Positions 45,848-60,524 are shown, counted from the first letter of the stretch. The stretch: DNA of 64,000 bases from Eledone cirrhosa (GCA_964016885.1 OZ024752.1:11346001-11410000); one strand, 5' to 3'. Notes: a model not told the origin generated them from the letters alone. Made by a program: numbers and translations.

Positions 45848-46325
45848 AGTCTGTCCGCCTGCCAGTCAGTCTGTGCACCAGCCTGTCAGTGAGACTGCCT
45901 GCCAGTCAGTCTGTGCACCAGCCTGTCAGTGAGACTGCCTGCCAGTCAGTCTGTGCACCAGCCTGTCAGTGAGACTGCCTGCCAGTCAGTCTGTGCACCA
46001 GCCTGTCAGTGAGACTGCCTACCAGTCAGTCTGTGCACCAGTCTGTCAGTGAGACTGCCTGCCAGTCAGTCTGTGCACCAGCCTGTCAGTGAGACTGCCT
46101 GCCAGTCAGTCTGTGCACCAGCCTGTCAGTGAGACTGCCTGCCAGTCAGTCTGTGCACCAGCCTGTCAGTGAGACTGCCTGCCAGTCAGTCTGTGCACCA
46201 GCCTGTCAGTCTGTCCGCCTGCCAGTCAGTCTGTGCACCAGCCTGTCAGTGAGACTGCCTGCCAGTCAGTCTGTGCACCAGCCTGTCAGTGAGACTGCCT
46301 GCCAGTCAGTCTGTGCACCAGTCTG
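45848..46325. repeat. 40-bp minisatellite, about 12 copies
   Basis: gtctgtgcaccagcctgtcagtgagactgcctgccagtca in tandem; preceded by cryptic GTCT/GCCT sequence from about 45440. Confidence 0.95.
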
Positions 46326-46485
46326 TCCGCTTGTCAGCCAGTCTTCCAGCTGTCTCTGTTACCAACACAACAGCGACACCAGTTCCTAATACATATTTTG
46401 ACCTTTACTTGCCACACACAAAAAAAACCTTTGTCACTTTTATGTGTTTATTGTTTTTGTTGTTTAATCCTTCCTATCCAGCAGA

Positions 46486-47140
46486 ACACACATACATACA
46501 CATATATACATACACATAATACACATACATATATATATATACATACACATATACGTACGTACATACACATACCTACATACACACATATATATATATATAC
46601 GTACAAACTTACATATATATATACGTACATACAAACATATATATACGTACATACAAACATACATATACGTGCATGCATACATACATACATACATACATAC
46701 ATACATACATACATACATACATACATACATACATACATACATACATACATACACGCATACATACATATGTACATATATACATATACGCATACATACACGC
46801 ATACATACACACATACGTACATATACACACACATACATACATACACATTCACACATGCACTAAAACGCAATCAACAAACGCAATACATACACACACACAT
46901 AGAAACTCGTACATCACACTATACATACACACACGCACTCAAACGTATACATACACAGTCAACAAACGAAATACATACATACACACAGAAACGCATACAT
47001 ACACACATGCACACACACAAACGTATACATACTAAATCAACAAACGAAAATAAATACATACAAACTTGCACACACATACAGAATCACACTTATATATATA
47101 TACACACATACATACATACATACATACATACATACATACA

Positions 47141-47174
<34 letters not shown>

Positions 47175-47450
47175 GATATACACATGCATGCATGCATGTA
47201 TATACATACGTATATATACACACACATACACACTCGCAAGCAATGCATGTATATGTGCATACATATACACGTATACACACACTCATACACACATACACAT
47301 TCGCAGGCAATGCATATATATATGTGCATACATATAAACATACATACATACACTTACACACTCACATACATACATACACACACTTACATGCTCACATACA
47401 TACATACACTTACTTACACACCCATATACATACATCCATATACACACAAT
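46486..47450. repeat. Degenerate (CATA)n/(CA)n region
   Basis: Direct inspection. Confidence 0.9.
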
Positions 47451-47555
47451 CTGTCATCTATTTCTCATTTGTTTTGTCTGTCATTCTCTCATTCTTTCGT
47501 TCTATCATTCTGTCATTCTCCTTGCTTGCCGGCGTTTCCTTTCAATAGTCGTCCA

Positions 47556-47613
<58 letters not shown>

Positions 47614-47614
47614 G

Positions 47615-47658
<44 letters not shown>

Positions 47659-48677
47659 GCTACTACTACTACTACTGCTACTACTAATATTACAACTACT
47701 ACTACTACAACTAGTGCTACTACTACAACAACTAGTGCTACTACTACTACTACTACTGCTACTACTACTGCTACTGCTACTACTACTACTACTACTGCAA
47801 CTACAACTACTACTACTAGTACTACTACTACTACGACTACTACTACGACTACTACTACAACTACAACTAATACTATTACAACTACATCTACTACTATTAC
47901 AACTACTACTGCTACTACTACTACTACTACTACAAATAGTGCAATTACAACTACTACTACTACTACTACTATTACAACTACTACTACTACTATTACAACT
48001 ACTATTACAACTACTACTACTATTACAACTACTACTACTACTACTACTATTACAACTACTACTACTACTACTATTACAACTACTGCTACTACTACTACTA
48101 CTATTACAACTACAACTACTGCTACTACTACTACTACTACTATTATTACAACTACAACTACTACTACTACTACTACTACTGCTATTACAACTACTACTAC
48201 TACTACTACTATTACAACTACTACTACTACTATTACAACTACAACTACTACTACTACTATTACAACTACAACTACTACTATTACAACTACTACTACTATT
48301 TCAACTACTACTACTACTACTATTACAACTACAACTACTACTATTTCAACTACTACTACCACTACAACTACTACTACTACTACAACTACTATTACTACTA
48401 TTACTACTACTACTACTAGTACAACTACTATTACTACTATTACTACTATTACAACTACTACTACTACTACCACTACAACTACTACTACTACTACAACTAC
48501 TATTACTACTACTACTACTACTACAACTACTATTACTACTACTACTACTATTACAACTACTACTACTACTCTAACTACTATTACTACTACTACTACTATT
48601 ACAATTACTACTACTGCTACAACTACTATTACAATTACTACTACTACTACCACTACAACTACTACTACTACTACTAC
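47556..48677. repeat. (TAC)n trinucleotide array with variants
   Basis: Direct inspection. Confidence 0.97.
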
Positions 48678-48875
48678 ACCTATTCACCTTCACAACAAGC
48701 AACCTCTCCTGTTTATCTCCCCCTCCCCGCCAACATCCTCATCCCTCACTCTCTCTCTTCTCCTCCTCTCCTCCTCTCTCATCATGTTACTCCCTCTTCT
48801 TCACTACTTGCATTTATTGCATTATTTATTAATTAATATGCCTGATGTGTCACACACGCCCTCCCGTCATCAACC

Positions 48876-50190
48876 CATCACCACCATCACCATCTCCACC
48901 ATCGTTATTATCCTCACCACCACCATCACCACCACCATCACCATCACCACCATCATCACCACCAGCACCGCCATCACCACCATCACCACCATCACCACCA
49001 CCATCACCACCATCACCACCATCACCACCATCACTACCATCACCACCATCACCACCATCACCACCATCACCACCACCACCGCCATCACCACCATCACCAC
49101 CATCACCGCCACACCATCATCACCACCATCACCACCATCACCACCACCATCACCATCATCACCACCATCACCACCACCATCACCACCATCACCACCATCA
49201 CCGCCACCACCACCATCACCGCCATCACCACCCCACCATCATCACCATCATCACCACCATCACCACCCCACCATCATCACCACCATCACCACCATCACCA
49301 CGCCACCATCATCACCACCATCACCACCCCACCATCATCACCACCATCACCACCCCATCATCATCACCACCATCACCACCATCACCACCATCACCACCAT
49401 CACCGCCACCACCACCCCACCATCATCACCACCATCACCACCCCACCATCATCACCACCATCACCACCATCGCCACCATCACCACCATCACCACCATCAC
49501 CACCATCACCGCCATCACCACCGTCACCACCATCGCCACCATCACCACCATCACCGCCACCGCCATCACCACCATCACCACCATCACCACCATCACCACC
49601 ATCACCACCATCACCACCATCACCACCATCACCGCCATCACCACCGTCACCACCATCGCCACCATCACCACCATCACCGCCACCGCCATCACCACCATCA
49701 CCACCATCACCACCATCACCACCATCACCACCCCACCATCATCACCACCATCACCGCCATCACCACCATCACCACCGTCACCATCATCACCACCGTCACC
49801 ATCATCACCACCGTCACCATCATCACCACCATCACCACCATCACCGCCACCACCACCATCACCGCCATCACCACCACCACCACCACAATCACCATCACCA
49901 CCATCACCACCACAATCACCATCACCACCATCACCACCACAATCACCATCACCACCATCACCACCCCACCATCACCGCCATCACCACCATCATCACCACC
50001 ATCACCACCCCACCATCACCACCACCATCACCACCATCACCGCCATCACCACCATCACCACCATCACCTCCACCACCATCACCGCCATCACCACCACCAC
50101 CACCATCACCTCCACCACCATCACCGCCATCACCGCCATCACCACCATCGTTATCATCATCATCCTCGTCATCAACAATCATCATCATCG
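48876..50190. repeat. (CAC/CAT)n trinucleotide array
   Basis: Direct inspection. Confidence 0.97.
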
Positions 50191-50254
50191 CTATTGTTAT
50201 TAAAAACATTTGCCTTCCCCGCTACTTCCGTTTCAAGCCTCACTCTTTCTTTCT

Positions 50255-52155
50255 GCCACCTCTCTCTTTCCCCCTCACCCCTCTTTCATCCCCCCCCCCC
50301 CCCTTCCTCACCCTCAACCCTCACCCTCACCGCCTCTTTCACTCCCATCCTTTCTCACCCTCACCCTCCCTTTCACTCCCACCCTCTCTCACCCTCACCC
50401 CTCTTTCATCCCCCCCCCTTCCTCACCCTCAACCCTCACCCTCACCGCCTCTTTCACTCACATCCTCTCTCACCCTCACCCTCCCTTTCACTCGCACCCT
50501 CTCTCACCCTCACCGCCTCTTTCACTCACATCCTCTCTCACCCTCACCCTCCCTTTCACCCTCACCCTCTCTCTCAAAGCTCTCCCATCCTCCCATCTCT
50601 CTGTGTCTCTCTCATCCTCTCTTTCACCGCTACCGCCATCCCCTTCCCCCACCTCCTCCTCTCCCCACCATTCAATCATATTACATCTATTTCAGTAAAC
50701 CATCTTCGACTTCCAGCCGACATTAAATGTTCCTACAACAATCATCAAATCCCCCTCGCATACAACTATATACACACACAGATACACACATACACACACA
50801 TATATATACACACACAGATACACACACACACGTATATATACATACATACACACACACGTGCATACACACACACACACGTTCATACATACATGCATACATA
50901 TGTACATATATATACATATACAGACAAACACACACACGCACATATATATACACACAGATACACGCACACACACACACACACGTATATATACACACAGACA
51001 CACAGATACACACACATATATATATATATACACAGATTCACATACACTCAGACGTATATATACATACATACACACACACGTACATACACACACAGACACA
51101 CACGTACATACATGCATGAATACATACATACATATAGATATACAGACACACACATATATATATACACACAGATACACACACACACACACACACGTATATA
51201 TAAATACATACACACACGTACATACATGCATACATATATACATATATAGAGATATACAGACACAAACATACACACACATATATATATACACACACGTACA
51301 TACAAGCACACGTATACACAAACACACATACACTCACACATATACATATATATACCGACACACACACGCATACACAGAGAGATGCACTCAGACATATACA
51401 CACACACACACAAACACATGCACTCAGGCATAAACAAACATAAACACACACATACACACACGCATACACAGAGAGATGCACTCAGACATAAACACACAGA
51501 TACACTCACGCATATACATATATATATATCGGCACACACACACACGCATACACAGACAAACAGATACACTCACGCATACAGACAGATACACTCACACACA
51601 CAGACACACAGATACACTCACACACACACACGCATACACAGACACACAGATACACTCACACACATATACATATATATATATATAGACACACACGCATACA
51701 CAGACATACAAATACACCCACACACACACACACAAGCGCATACAAAGACACAGATACACTCACACACATATACATATATATATATAGACACACACGCATA
51801 CACAGATACACTCACACACACACAAGCGCACACACAGATATACTCACACACATATACATATATATATACAGACACACACGCATGCACAGACACACAGATA
51901 CACTCACACACATATATATATATAGACACACACGCATACACAGACACACAGATACACTCACACACACACAGGCGCATACACAGACACACAGATACACTCA
52001 CACACACACGCACAGACACACAGGTACACTCACACACATATACATATATATATAGACACACACGCATACACAGACACACAGATACATATATATAGAGAGA
52101 CACACACATGCATACACAGACATACATAAACCTCATACAGCTACATACACACATT
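50255..52155. repeat. Pyrimidine-rich ccctca repeat (to about 50660) followed by degenerate CA/TA/GA repeat
   Basis: Direct inspection. Confidence 0.9.
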
Positions 52156-52294
52156 GAAATCCTATCCCAGGTACGACCACAGGTGAATCAGCAATTAGGA
52201 ACAAAAAAGACATTTCTATGTTCATTCTTTCGCTTGTTTTCAATCTTTTGATTGTGGCCATGCTGGAGCACAAACTTGAAGGATTTAGTCCATA

Positions 52295-52741
52295 ACTATT
52301 TCTACATTTGGCACAAGGCCAGCAATTAGCTCAGTTTCGTCACCATAAGATCAAGCAGTAAAGAGTTACGGCGCTTTATGGTCTGAGTTCAAATCCCGCC
52401 GAGGTTAACTTTGCCTTTCATCCTTACAGGGTCGATAAAATAAAGTACCAGTAATGTACTGTAATTGGTGGCCTTGTGCCAAAAAGTAGCAACAATTATT
52501 AGGAAGCGGTGGATTGGTAGCGGGCCAGACGCCGTGCTTTGTGGCACAGAGGTATGGCCCTTTACAACCTGATGTCAAATCCCGCCGAGGTTAACTTTGC
52601 CTTTCATCCCTTATGGGGGTCGATAAAATAATGTACCAGTAATGCACTTGGGTATTTGCTGGCCTTGTGCCAAAAAGTACCAACAATTATTAGTAAGCGG
52701 TGGATTGGTAGTATAGGCAGAGGGCCAGACGCCATGCTTTG
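52295..52741 (+). mobile_element. SINE family A cluster (inverted tail, two tandem copies, truncated third head)
   Basis: Repeated head, core and tail; aagcggtggattggtag at 52505 and 52695. Confidence 0.85.
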
Positions 52742-54888
52742 TGTCTGTCGTTGGTCTGTTACTGTCTGTTGTTGGTCTGTTACTGTCTGTCGTTGGTCTG
52801 ATACTGTCTGTCGTTGGTCTGTTAATGTCTGTCGTTGGTCTGTTACTGTCTGTCGTTGGTCTGTTACTGTCTGTCGTTGGTCTGTTACTGTCTGTCGTTG
52901 GTCTGTTACTGTCTGTCAATGGTCGGTTAATGTCTGTCGTTGGTCTGTTAGTGTCTGTCGTTGGTCTGTTAGTGTCTGTCGTTGGTCTGTTAGTGTCTGT
53001 CGTTGGTCTGTTACTGTCTGTCGTTGGTCTGTTACTGTCTGTTGTTGGTCTGTTACTGTCTGTCGTTGGTCTGATACTGTCTGTCGTTGGTCTGTTAATG
53101 TCTGTCGTTGGTCTGTTACTGTCTGTCGTTGGTCTGTTACTGTCTGTCGTTGGTCTGTTACTGTCTGTCGTTGGTCTGTTACTGTCTGTCAATGGTCGGT
53201 TAATGTCTGTCGTTGGTCTGTTAGTGTCTGTCGTTGGTCTGTTAGTGTCTGTCGTTGGTCTGTTAGTGTCTGTCGTTGGTCTGTTACTGTCTGTCGTTGG
53301 TCTGTTACTGTCTGTTGTTGGTCTGTTACTGTCTGTCGTTGGTCTGTTACTGTCTGTCGTTGGTCTGTTACTGTCTGTTGTTGGTCTGTTACTGTCTGTT
53401 GTTGGTCTGTTACTGTCTGTCGTTGGTCTGTTACTGACTGTCGTTGGTATGTTACTGTCTGTCGTTGGTCTGTTAGTGTCTGTCGTTGGTCTGTTAGTGT
53501 CTGGCGTTGGTCTGTTAATGTCTGTCGTTGGTCTGTTAGTGTCTGTCGTTGGTCTGTTACTGTCTGCCGTTGGTCTGTTACTGCCTGTCGTTGGTCTGTT
53601 ACCTTCTGTCGTTGGTCTGTTACTGCCTGTCGTTGGTCTGTTAATGTCTGTCGTAGGTCTGTTACTGTCTGTCGTTGGTCTGTTACTGTCTGTCGTTGGT
53701 ATTTTACTGTCTGTCGTTTGTCTGTTACTGTCTGTCGTTGGTCTGTTACTGTCGTTGGTCTGTTACTGTCTGTCGTTGGTCTGTTAATGTCTGTCGTTGG
53801 TCTGTTAATGTCTGTCGTTGGTCTGTTACTGTCGTTGGTCTGTTACTGTCGTTGGTCTGTTACCTTCTGTCGTTGGTCTGTTACTGTCGTTGGTATGTTA
53901 CTGTCTGTCGTTGGTTTGTTACTGTCTGTCGTTGGTCTGTTACTGCCTGTCGTTGGTCTGTTAATGTCTGTCGTTGGTCTGTTACTGCCTGTCGTTGGTC
54001 TGTTACTGTCTGTCGTTGGTCTGTTACTGTCTGTCGTTGGTCTGTTACTGTCGTTGGTCTGTTACCTTCTGTCGTTGGTCTGTTACTGTCGTTGGTCTGT
54101 TAGTGTCTGTCGTTGGTCTGTTACTGTCTGTCGTTGGTCTGTTACTGTCTGTCGTTGGTCTGTTAATGTCTGTCGTTGGTCTGTTAGTGTCTGTCGTTGG
54201 TCTGTTACTGTCTGTCGTTGGTCTGTTACTGTCTGTCGTTGGTCTGTTACTATCTGTCGTTGGTCTGTTACTGTCTGTCGTTGGTCTTTTACCTTCTGTC
54301 GTTGGTCTGTTACTGTCGTTGGTCTGTTAGTGTCTGTCATTGGTCTGTTACTGTCTGTCGTTGGTCTGTTAGTGTCTGTCATTGGTCTGTTACTGTCTGT
54401 CGTTGGTCTGTTACTGTCTGTCGTTGGTCTGTTAATGTCTGTCGTTGGTCTGTTACTGTCTGTTGTTGGTATGTTACTGTCTGTCGTTGGTCTGTTACTG
54501 TCGTTGGTCTGTTACTGTCGTTGGTCTGTTATTGTCTGTCGTTGGTCTGTTACTGTCTGTCGTTGGTCTGTTAATGTTTGTCGTTGGCCTGTTAATGTCT
54601 GTCGTTGGTCTGTTACTGTCTGTCGTTGGCCTGTTAATGTCTGTCGTTGGTCTGTTACTGTCTGTCGTTGGCCTGTTACTGTCTGTCGTTGGCCTGTTAG
54701 TGTCGTTGGTCTGTTACTGTCTGTCCTTGGTCTGTTAATGTCTGTCGTTGGCCTGTTACTGTCTGTCCTTGGTCTGTTAATGTCTGTCGTTGGCGTGTTA
54801 CTGTCTGTCGTTGGCCTGTTACTGTCTGCCGTTGGTCTGTTAGTGTCTGCCGCTGGTCTGTTACTGTCTGCCGTTGGTCTGTTAGTGT
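52742..54888. repeat. 21-bp minisatellite (gtctgtcgttggtctgttact), about 100 units, with 17-bp variants
   Basis: Direct inspection; periodic ORFs CRWSVTV / SVVGLLL / TDSNRPT. Confidence 0.97.
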
Positions 54889-55242
54889 CGTCTTTCATGT
54901 GACACTGTTACTGTCTCAGGTTATTGTAGTTGGTCTGATCATAAACCAGTGATCAGCTCCCAGGGCCCACATTGATGTTGTCGACAGCTTGGGTCCCATA
55001 AACCAACATTATTTCATCCCTCAACCTAGTTAATTACATTTTACTTACTACTCACCTGAAAACATCTGGCAAACTATAAATATCAGAAGATTTAAAATCT
55101 AATTTTGATGCTGCTTATTTAAATAAATTTGAATATTGTGGCTTCGATTGTAACAGGAGAGCTAAACTTTACTTGCGGAGAGAAAGACATGCATATCCCA
55201 GAATGATCTTTCACTTCATTGATTATAATACTATTTTCTTTT

Positions 55243-55433
55243 GGCGGATTGGCAGTATCGGTAGAGGGTCGGACGCCATGCTTTGACGCATAGAGTTACG
55301 GCCTTTTCAATTCTGAGTTCAAATCCCGCTGAGGTTAACTTTACCTTTCATCCTTACGAGGTCGATAAAATAAAGTACCAGTAATGTACTGGTTAATTGC
55401 TGGCCTTGTGCGAAAAAGTAGAAACAATTATTT
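55243..55433 (+). mobile_element. SINE family A, full length
   Basis: Matches consensus. Confidence 0.9.
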
Positions 55434-55486
55434 TCTTTACCTTGTTAGCAGTGCTGGATCTAGGATAAATGAGGCCACGTGTTAGT

Positions 55487-55855
55487 TAAGTTACGAGGCC
55501 CTTTACTTGGGTTCTGAAGGAGGCAGGCCCAGTACATTTTTTGGCCGGCAGGAAGGTGGGACCCACCCCGGACCACGGGTCTCTGCGCTTAAGCACACCA
55601 CCTAAGCATAATAGTAAATTCATCAGTGATTGTAAGTAACGAGGTCACTTACTCGGGCCCTGAAGGGGTTGGGCCCGGTTAGTTTTATTTTCCAGGAAGA
55701 TGGGCCCCTTTCTGGCCAACGGGGTTCTGTGTTTAAACACACCTAAGCATAATAGTAATTTCGACACTGATTGTAAGTTACGAGACCCCTTACTTGAGCC
55801 CTTAAGGAGGTAGACCCAGTAATTTTTCATTTTTTTTTTCAGAAAGATGCTCCCA
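55487..55855. repeat. Degenerate tandem repeat of 141-147 bp (about 2.6 units)
   Basis: taagt(t/a)acgag at 55487, 55634 and 55775; cacctaagcataatagtaa twice. Confidence 0.8.
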
Positions 55856-56121
55856 TTCCGGCACTGCATGTAAACCCTGAGTCAGAAATCAATATAAAAA
55901 CATGCCTAGTGGTTTAGTTAGTGTCTACATTATATCACATTAACAGGCTGACTGTTGTATTGCTTAACTGATTGCCTCACTCTCTAACTCCCTTTACTAT
56001 TTCCACCATTCTCTGCTCTCTCTCATTTACTCTTAGTCTTTCTCCCAAACTTTGCTCACTCTAGTTTTTCAGCCATTCACTGATTGTTATTCGTCTATAA
56101 TGTTATTACTGTTGTACTGAA

Positions 56122-56460
56122 GGAGGTGGATTGGCAGTATAATTGTTAGACCGTCAGTCACCATGCTTTGCAGCATAGAGCTATGGCTCTTTACGTCCTG
56201 AGTTCAAATCCCGCCGAGGTTAAATTTGCCTTTCATCCTTATGGGGTCGATAAAATAAAGTACCAGTAATGTACTGGGATAATCGGTAGAGTTTCACACG
56301 CCATGCTTTGCAGCATAGTTATGGCCCTTTACGTTCTGAATTCAAATCCCGCCGAGGTTAACTTTGCCTTTCATCCTTACTGTGGTCGATAAAACAAAGT
56401 ACCAGTAATACACTGGGGTTTTTGCTGGCCTTGTACCAAAACTAGAAACAATTATTATTG
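56122..56460 (+). mobile_element. Two tandem SINE family A copies
   Basis: Two box B plus core units. Confidence 0.88.
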
Positions 56461-56526
56461 TTGTTCCGTGTCAAACGACCTACAGGAGGTTTACTCACAT
56501 TCTTTATACCTCATCACGTCCCTATT

Positions 56527-56599
<73 letters not shown>

Positions 56600-56668
56600 C
56601 TCTCTCTACATGTCTAACTATCTCTCACTCTCTCCATCTATCAATCTATCTTTTGTTGTTTGGATGAA

Positions 56669-57105
56669 AGCGTCCATGTTTCACTTCCATATAGCAAGAT
56701 TGGTTGAATTCTTACTTGGAAGAGTCTAATCTTGGTGTGGTTGGAAAGATGTACTGGCTGTGTCCCCATTAGTGCTTTGGAAACCATAAGCAGTCACTAA
56801 TAACAGGGGTCGTAAACTCTCTTATCCTGATTTCCAGGGCTGTGTCCTCATTAGTGCTTTGGAAACCACAACCAGTCACTAATAACAGGGGTCGTAAACT
56901 CTCCTATCCTGATTTACAGGGCTGTGTCCTCATTAGTGCTTTGGAAACCACAAGCAGTCACTAATAACAGGGGGTACATACAAGCTCTCCTATCCCGATG
57001 TCATCTCCAGAGATTCTGGTATTGAAATCCAGGACTTGGCAACGGCAATGAACGACAGACCCACGTGGAGATCAATTGTTGATTCGATTTCGGCTGATGA
57101 TAATA
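56669..57105 (+). mobile_element. RTE-type LINE 3' end with inverted 5' piece and a triplicated segment of about 81 bp
   Basis: 56669-56750 matches 19408-19490 (antisense); 56757-56995 is three copies of ggctgtgtcc..ctcctatcc; 3' end is homologous to 18470-18570. Confidence 0.8.
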
Positions 57106-57465
57106 ATCTATATATCTATCTCACCAACGTACACATACATCATCATCATACGCATCAATTTCGTCATAATAATCAACTAATCACCACCTTGAGCTTCTAC
57201 GCAGTATCGTTGTCTGGTCCCTCCATCTGCTAGAAGTAGCAATCAAGGCCCTCTTAAGCTGCAACCAACTGTCCAAAAAAATGTTATAAATATACATGTT
57301 ACATAATCAGGAAAACACTATTTCTGAAATTGAGACCAAAGTAGAAGAGAAAATCAATGTTTTTTTTATCAAAGTTGGATTAACTTCGTATGTTGGCCCT
57401 GGTTGAAAATTTCATCGGAATCCTGTATATTATTTATAGTAGCAAATAATTTGTGACTATTTAGA

Positions 57466-57745
57466 TGAAACATGGGCAACCTGCGGCCCGCGAAGCTTTC
57501 TAAATGGCTCGCCTAAGTGAAATCTTTCTGATTTTTTTAACCAAACTTTTCAGTCGTAATTTATCTTTCTATCATTTTTACGATCGCGGAAAACAACGTG
57601 TGTGAATTCTGAAGAAACAAATCAAAACAACCTCAGTTGCCGCTCTTTTTTAATGTGGGCACGAATGTAAATTAGTGCTTGCGGCCCGCCTAATGTTGAA
57701 CCATATCTCATGCGGCTCGTTTCTCGAAAAAGTTTTCCCATGCCT
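57466..57745. mobile_element. hAT-type MITE
   Basis: Ends catgggcaac / ttttcccatgcctg with subterminal tgcggcccg repeats. Confidence 0.6.
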
Positions 57746-57799
57746 GATTTAGATATTGTGAGGGTCCTAGGCTACAGCCGAGTGATTCTCCTCCCCGAA

Positions 57800-58020
57800 A
57801 TCCGTCTCTGCCTTTCAACGCCATTGGTGTCATTGGCCCTATGACCACCTCCCTACTTATCCCCTTCGGCACGGAGTTGATTACCCGCAGCTGTGAACCT
57901 CGCAATCCTTCGAGGAAACGCCTTCTCTATTCTGTTCGACGGGGCAGCCAGCGCGTGGGCCCCCAATTGTTTATACTAGTGAGAGATGGGGAAAGCAAGG
58001 GAGACGGAGGCAGTGACTGT
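57800..58020 (+). mobile_element. CRE-like retrotransposon 3' fragment, internally deleted
   Basis: GVIGPMTTSLLIPFGTELITRSCEPR and ggaaacgccttctctattctg, gagacggaggcagtgac shared with 1555-1870. Confidence 0.6.
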
Positions 58021-58717
58021 AAACTAAACAAACAATTATAGAAACCCAGGTTTACATATATACATACGCACATTCTGCTTGTCTGGGCCTAAAATCTGCT
58101 TTAGTACAGGTCCTTTTGTTCTGAGATCAAATTTAATTGTCAACCTTTCATCATTCTGAGGTGTATAAAATGAAGTACTAGTGAAAATATTAGTGTTGCT
58201 TTATCGATTGTTCCCTCTGCCAAATTCCTGGCATTTTAACTATGTAGAATATAATTCTATTAATATTAACAAGTACGGAATACAACTGTCGACATGTTTC
58301 GGTGCTATACGCCCTCCTCCCCTCCTCAGCGATGTATATATATCAACATATACCGTCTTTTATTACCCATGTCAACGGTGTATAAATATTACCATACACC
58401 GTGCTTACTTAAGAAATGTACTAGATTGCGCATTTGTTGGCCCTCAAAGGGAAAAGTATTTAAGAACAAATTATGCATTTAAAACCACAATCCATTTAAG
58501 GTAACGTAACCAAACCTGAATGCAATCCGGAGTCAAGTAATTTTTCAACGTTTCATGTATTTCTGTATAGTTACATCCGTCAAATCATGAGTCCCTCGGT
58601 GACCAAATATATATCAAGCACGCATTTTGGGCCGCTCCTCAATTAGTCAAGATACATTAAGATAAATAAAATAAAAGAATATACAAGTGTCCACTTAAAT
58701 GAACAATCAATATCCTT

Positions 58718-58901
58718 TATAATTGTTTCTACTTTAGGCACAAGGCCAGCAATTATCCAGTGCATTACTGGTACTTTATTTTATCGACCACGTAAGGATG
58801 AAAGGCAAAGTCAACCTCGGCGGGATTTGAACTCAGATCGTAAAGGGACGTAACTATGCTGGAAAGCATGGCGTCCGACCCTCTACCGATACTGCCAATC
58901 C
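58718..58901 (-). mobile_element. SINE family A, full length
   Basis: Matches the consensus reverse complement. Confidence 0.9.
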
Positions 58902-59063
58902 ATTTCCTATAATAAGTGATATATTTCCAACTACCGTGGACCTTGTGGGAAAACTGAATGCTTTTAGTTTTCAATGTGATAGTTAGAGTTGGAGTTAAGT
59001 CTGGTATAGATTTTATCACAGAAAAATGTATGTGTCTGTATGTATCGATATATATGTATGTAC

Positions 59064-59167
<104 letters not shown>

Positions 59168-59597
59168 TAGATCTACCAACTCATAATATTATAAAATTAA
59201 ATCATACATTTTTTAACACTACAAATGAAGTCATTCTTTTCCTTTTTGTCACATATATATATATATATATATAAATGTACGTATGTATGTACGTCTATAT
59301 ATATATATATGTATATTTACGTATGCATGTGTGTGTATATGTACGTACGGGTGTATGTATGTACGTCTGTATGTACGTACGTATGTATGACTATATGTAT
59401 GAAGGCAACTCGAGAAACTGGGATGACTCCGACATAAAACCTGCGGCTCAGTAGTTACCGATGATGTTGATCTTTTCTTTTTTTCGGGTTATAGCTGCTG
59501 TCGTTCAGAGAGTGGGATTGGCTCAGTGCCTAGTCTTTCCTCACTTTAAAAAAATCTTTACGCACAGGCATTGCATGATAGAATTAATTAATAACTA

Positions 59598-59774
59598 TTA
59601 ATAATTGTTTCTATTTTAGGCACAAGGCCAGCAATTACCCAGTACATTTCTGGTACTTTATTTTATCGACCCCATAAGGATGAAAGGCAAAGTTAACCTC
59701 GGCGGGATTTGAACTCAAATCATAAAGGGACGTAACTCTATGCTTCAAAGCATGGTGTCCGACTCTCTACCGAT
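59598..59774 (-). mobile_element. SINE family A
   Basis: Matches the consensus reverse complement. Confidence 0.9.
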
Positions 59775-59947
59775 AATAATGTTATAATAATGTTATATTG
59801 TGCAACGGCCATACTCGATAACGAGGGGGCAGCCATCATGTGTGTATGTATATATGTATGTATAATAATACACGAGTCATGAAAACTATTTCAAGGGTTT
59901 CACTAGGGTAAAAAGGTTGAGAAACGCTGCTCTATACATTAATTGTC

Positions 59948-60258
59948 AAGACGCGTGGCTATGTGGTTAGGGTAGTCAGCTCACAATCGTAAGGTCGTGA
60001 GTTCGATTTCTGGCGGCGCGTTGTGTCCTTGAGCAAGACACTTTATATCATTTTGCTCCAATCCACTCACCTGGGAAAAATGAGTTGTACCTGTAGTGCG
60101 AAGAACCGGCCTTGTCACATTGTGTGTAACACTGAGAACTACGTAAAGGGTACACGTGTTTGTGGAATGCTCAGCTACTTGCACGTTAATTTCACGAGCA
60201 GGTTGTTCCTTTGATTGGATCAACTGGAACACTCGTCGTCGTAACTGACAGAGTGCCT
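59948..60258 (+). mobile_element. SINE family B, body type 1, full length
   Basis: Box A gcgtggctatgtggttagg, box B gagttcgatttc, ttgtgtccttgagcaagacacttt core. Confidence 0.85.
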
Positions 60259-60289
60259 TCCATATATATATATATTCCTAACGATCGAC

Positions 60290-60497
60290 TTTCGTCAAAT
60301 CGGACCGAGGGAACAATGTTTCCGTTGGTCTTTCCACTTGCTAATACTATCTATCGGTCGCAACTCCAGGTAGAAGGAGCAACGTGAAATAAAGTGTCTT
60401 GCTCAAGGACATAACGCATCACCTGGTCCAGGAATCGAACTCACAACCTTACGATTGCGAATCCAATTCCTTAACCACTCAGCCACACGCCTTCACA
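60290..60497 (-). mobile_element. SINE family B, body type 2
   Basis: Matches 17385-17584. Confidence 0.85.
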
Positions 60498-60524
60498 TAT
60501 ATATATATGTATGTAAATATATAT

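Noticed and set aside
45848-46325. CRISPR-like regular 40-bp periodicity
   Set aside because: Head-to-tail repeats with no unique spacers and no cas genes; eukaryotic context
47505-51249. Poly-V/L/T/H/P ORFs resembling mucin, extensin or His-rich proteins
   Set aside because: Open in several frames and on both strands over trinucleotide arrays; no unique domain or splice context
52611-54902. 748-aa Cys/Trp-rich repeat ORF and overlapping ORFs
   Set aside because: Product of a 21-bp minisatellite; frame shifts at 17-bp units and the ORF starts inside a SINE
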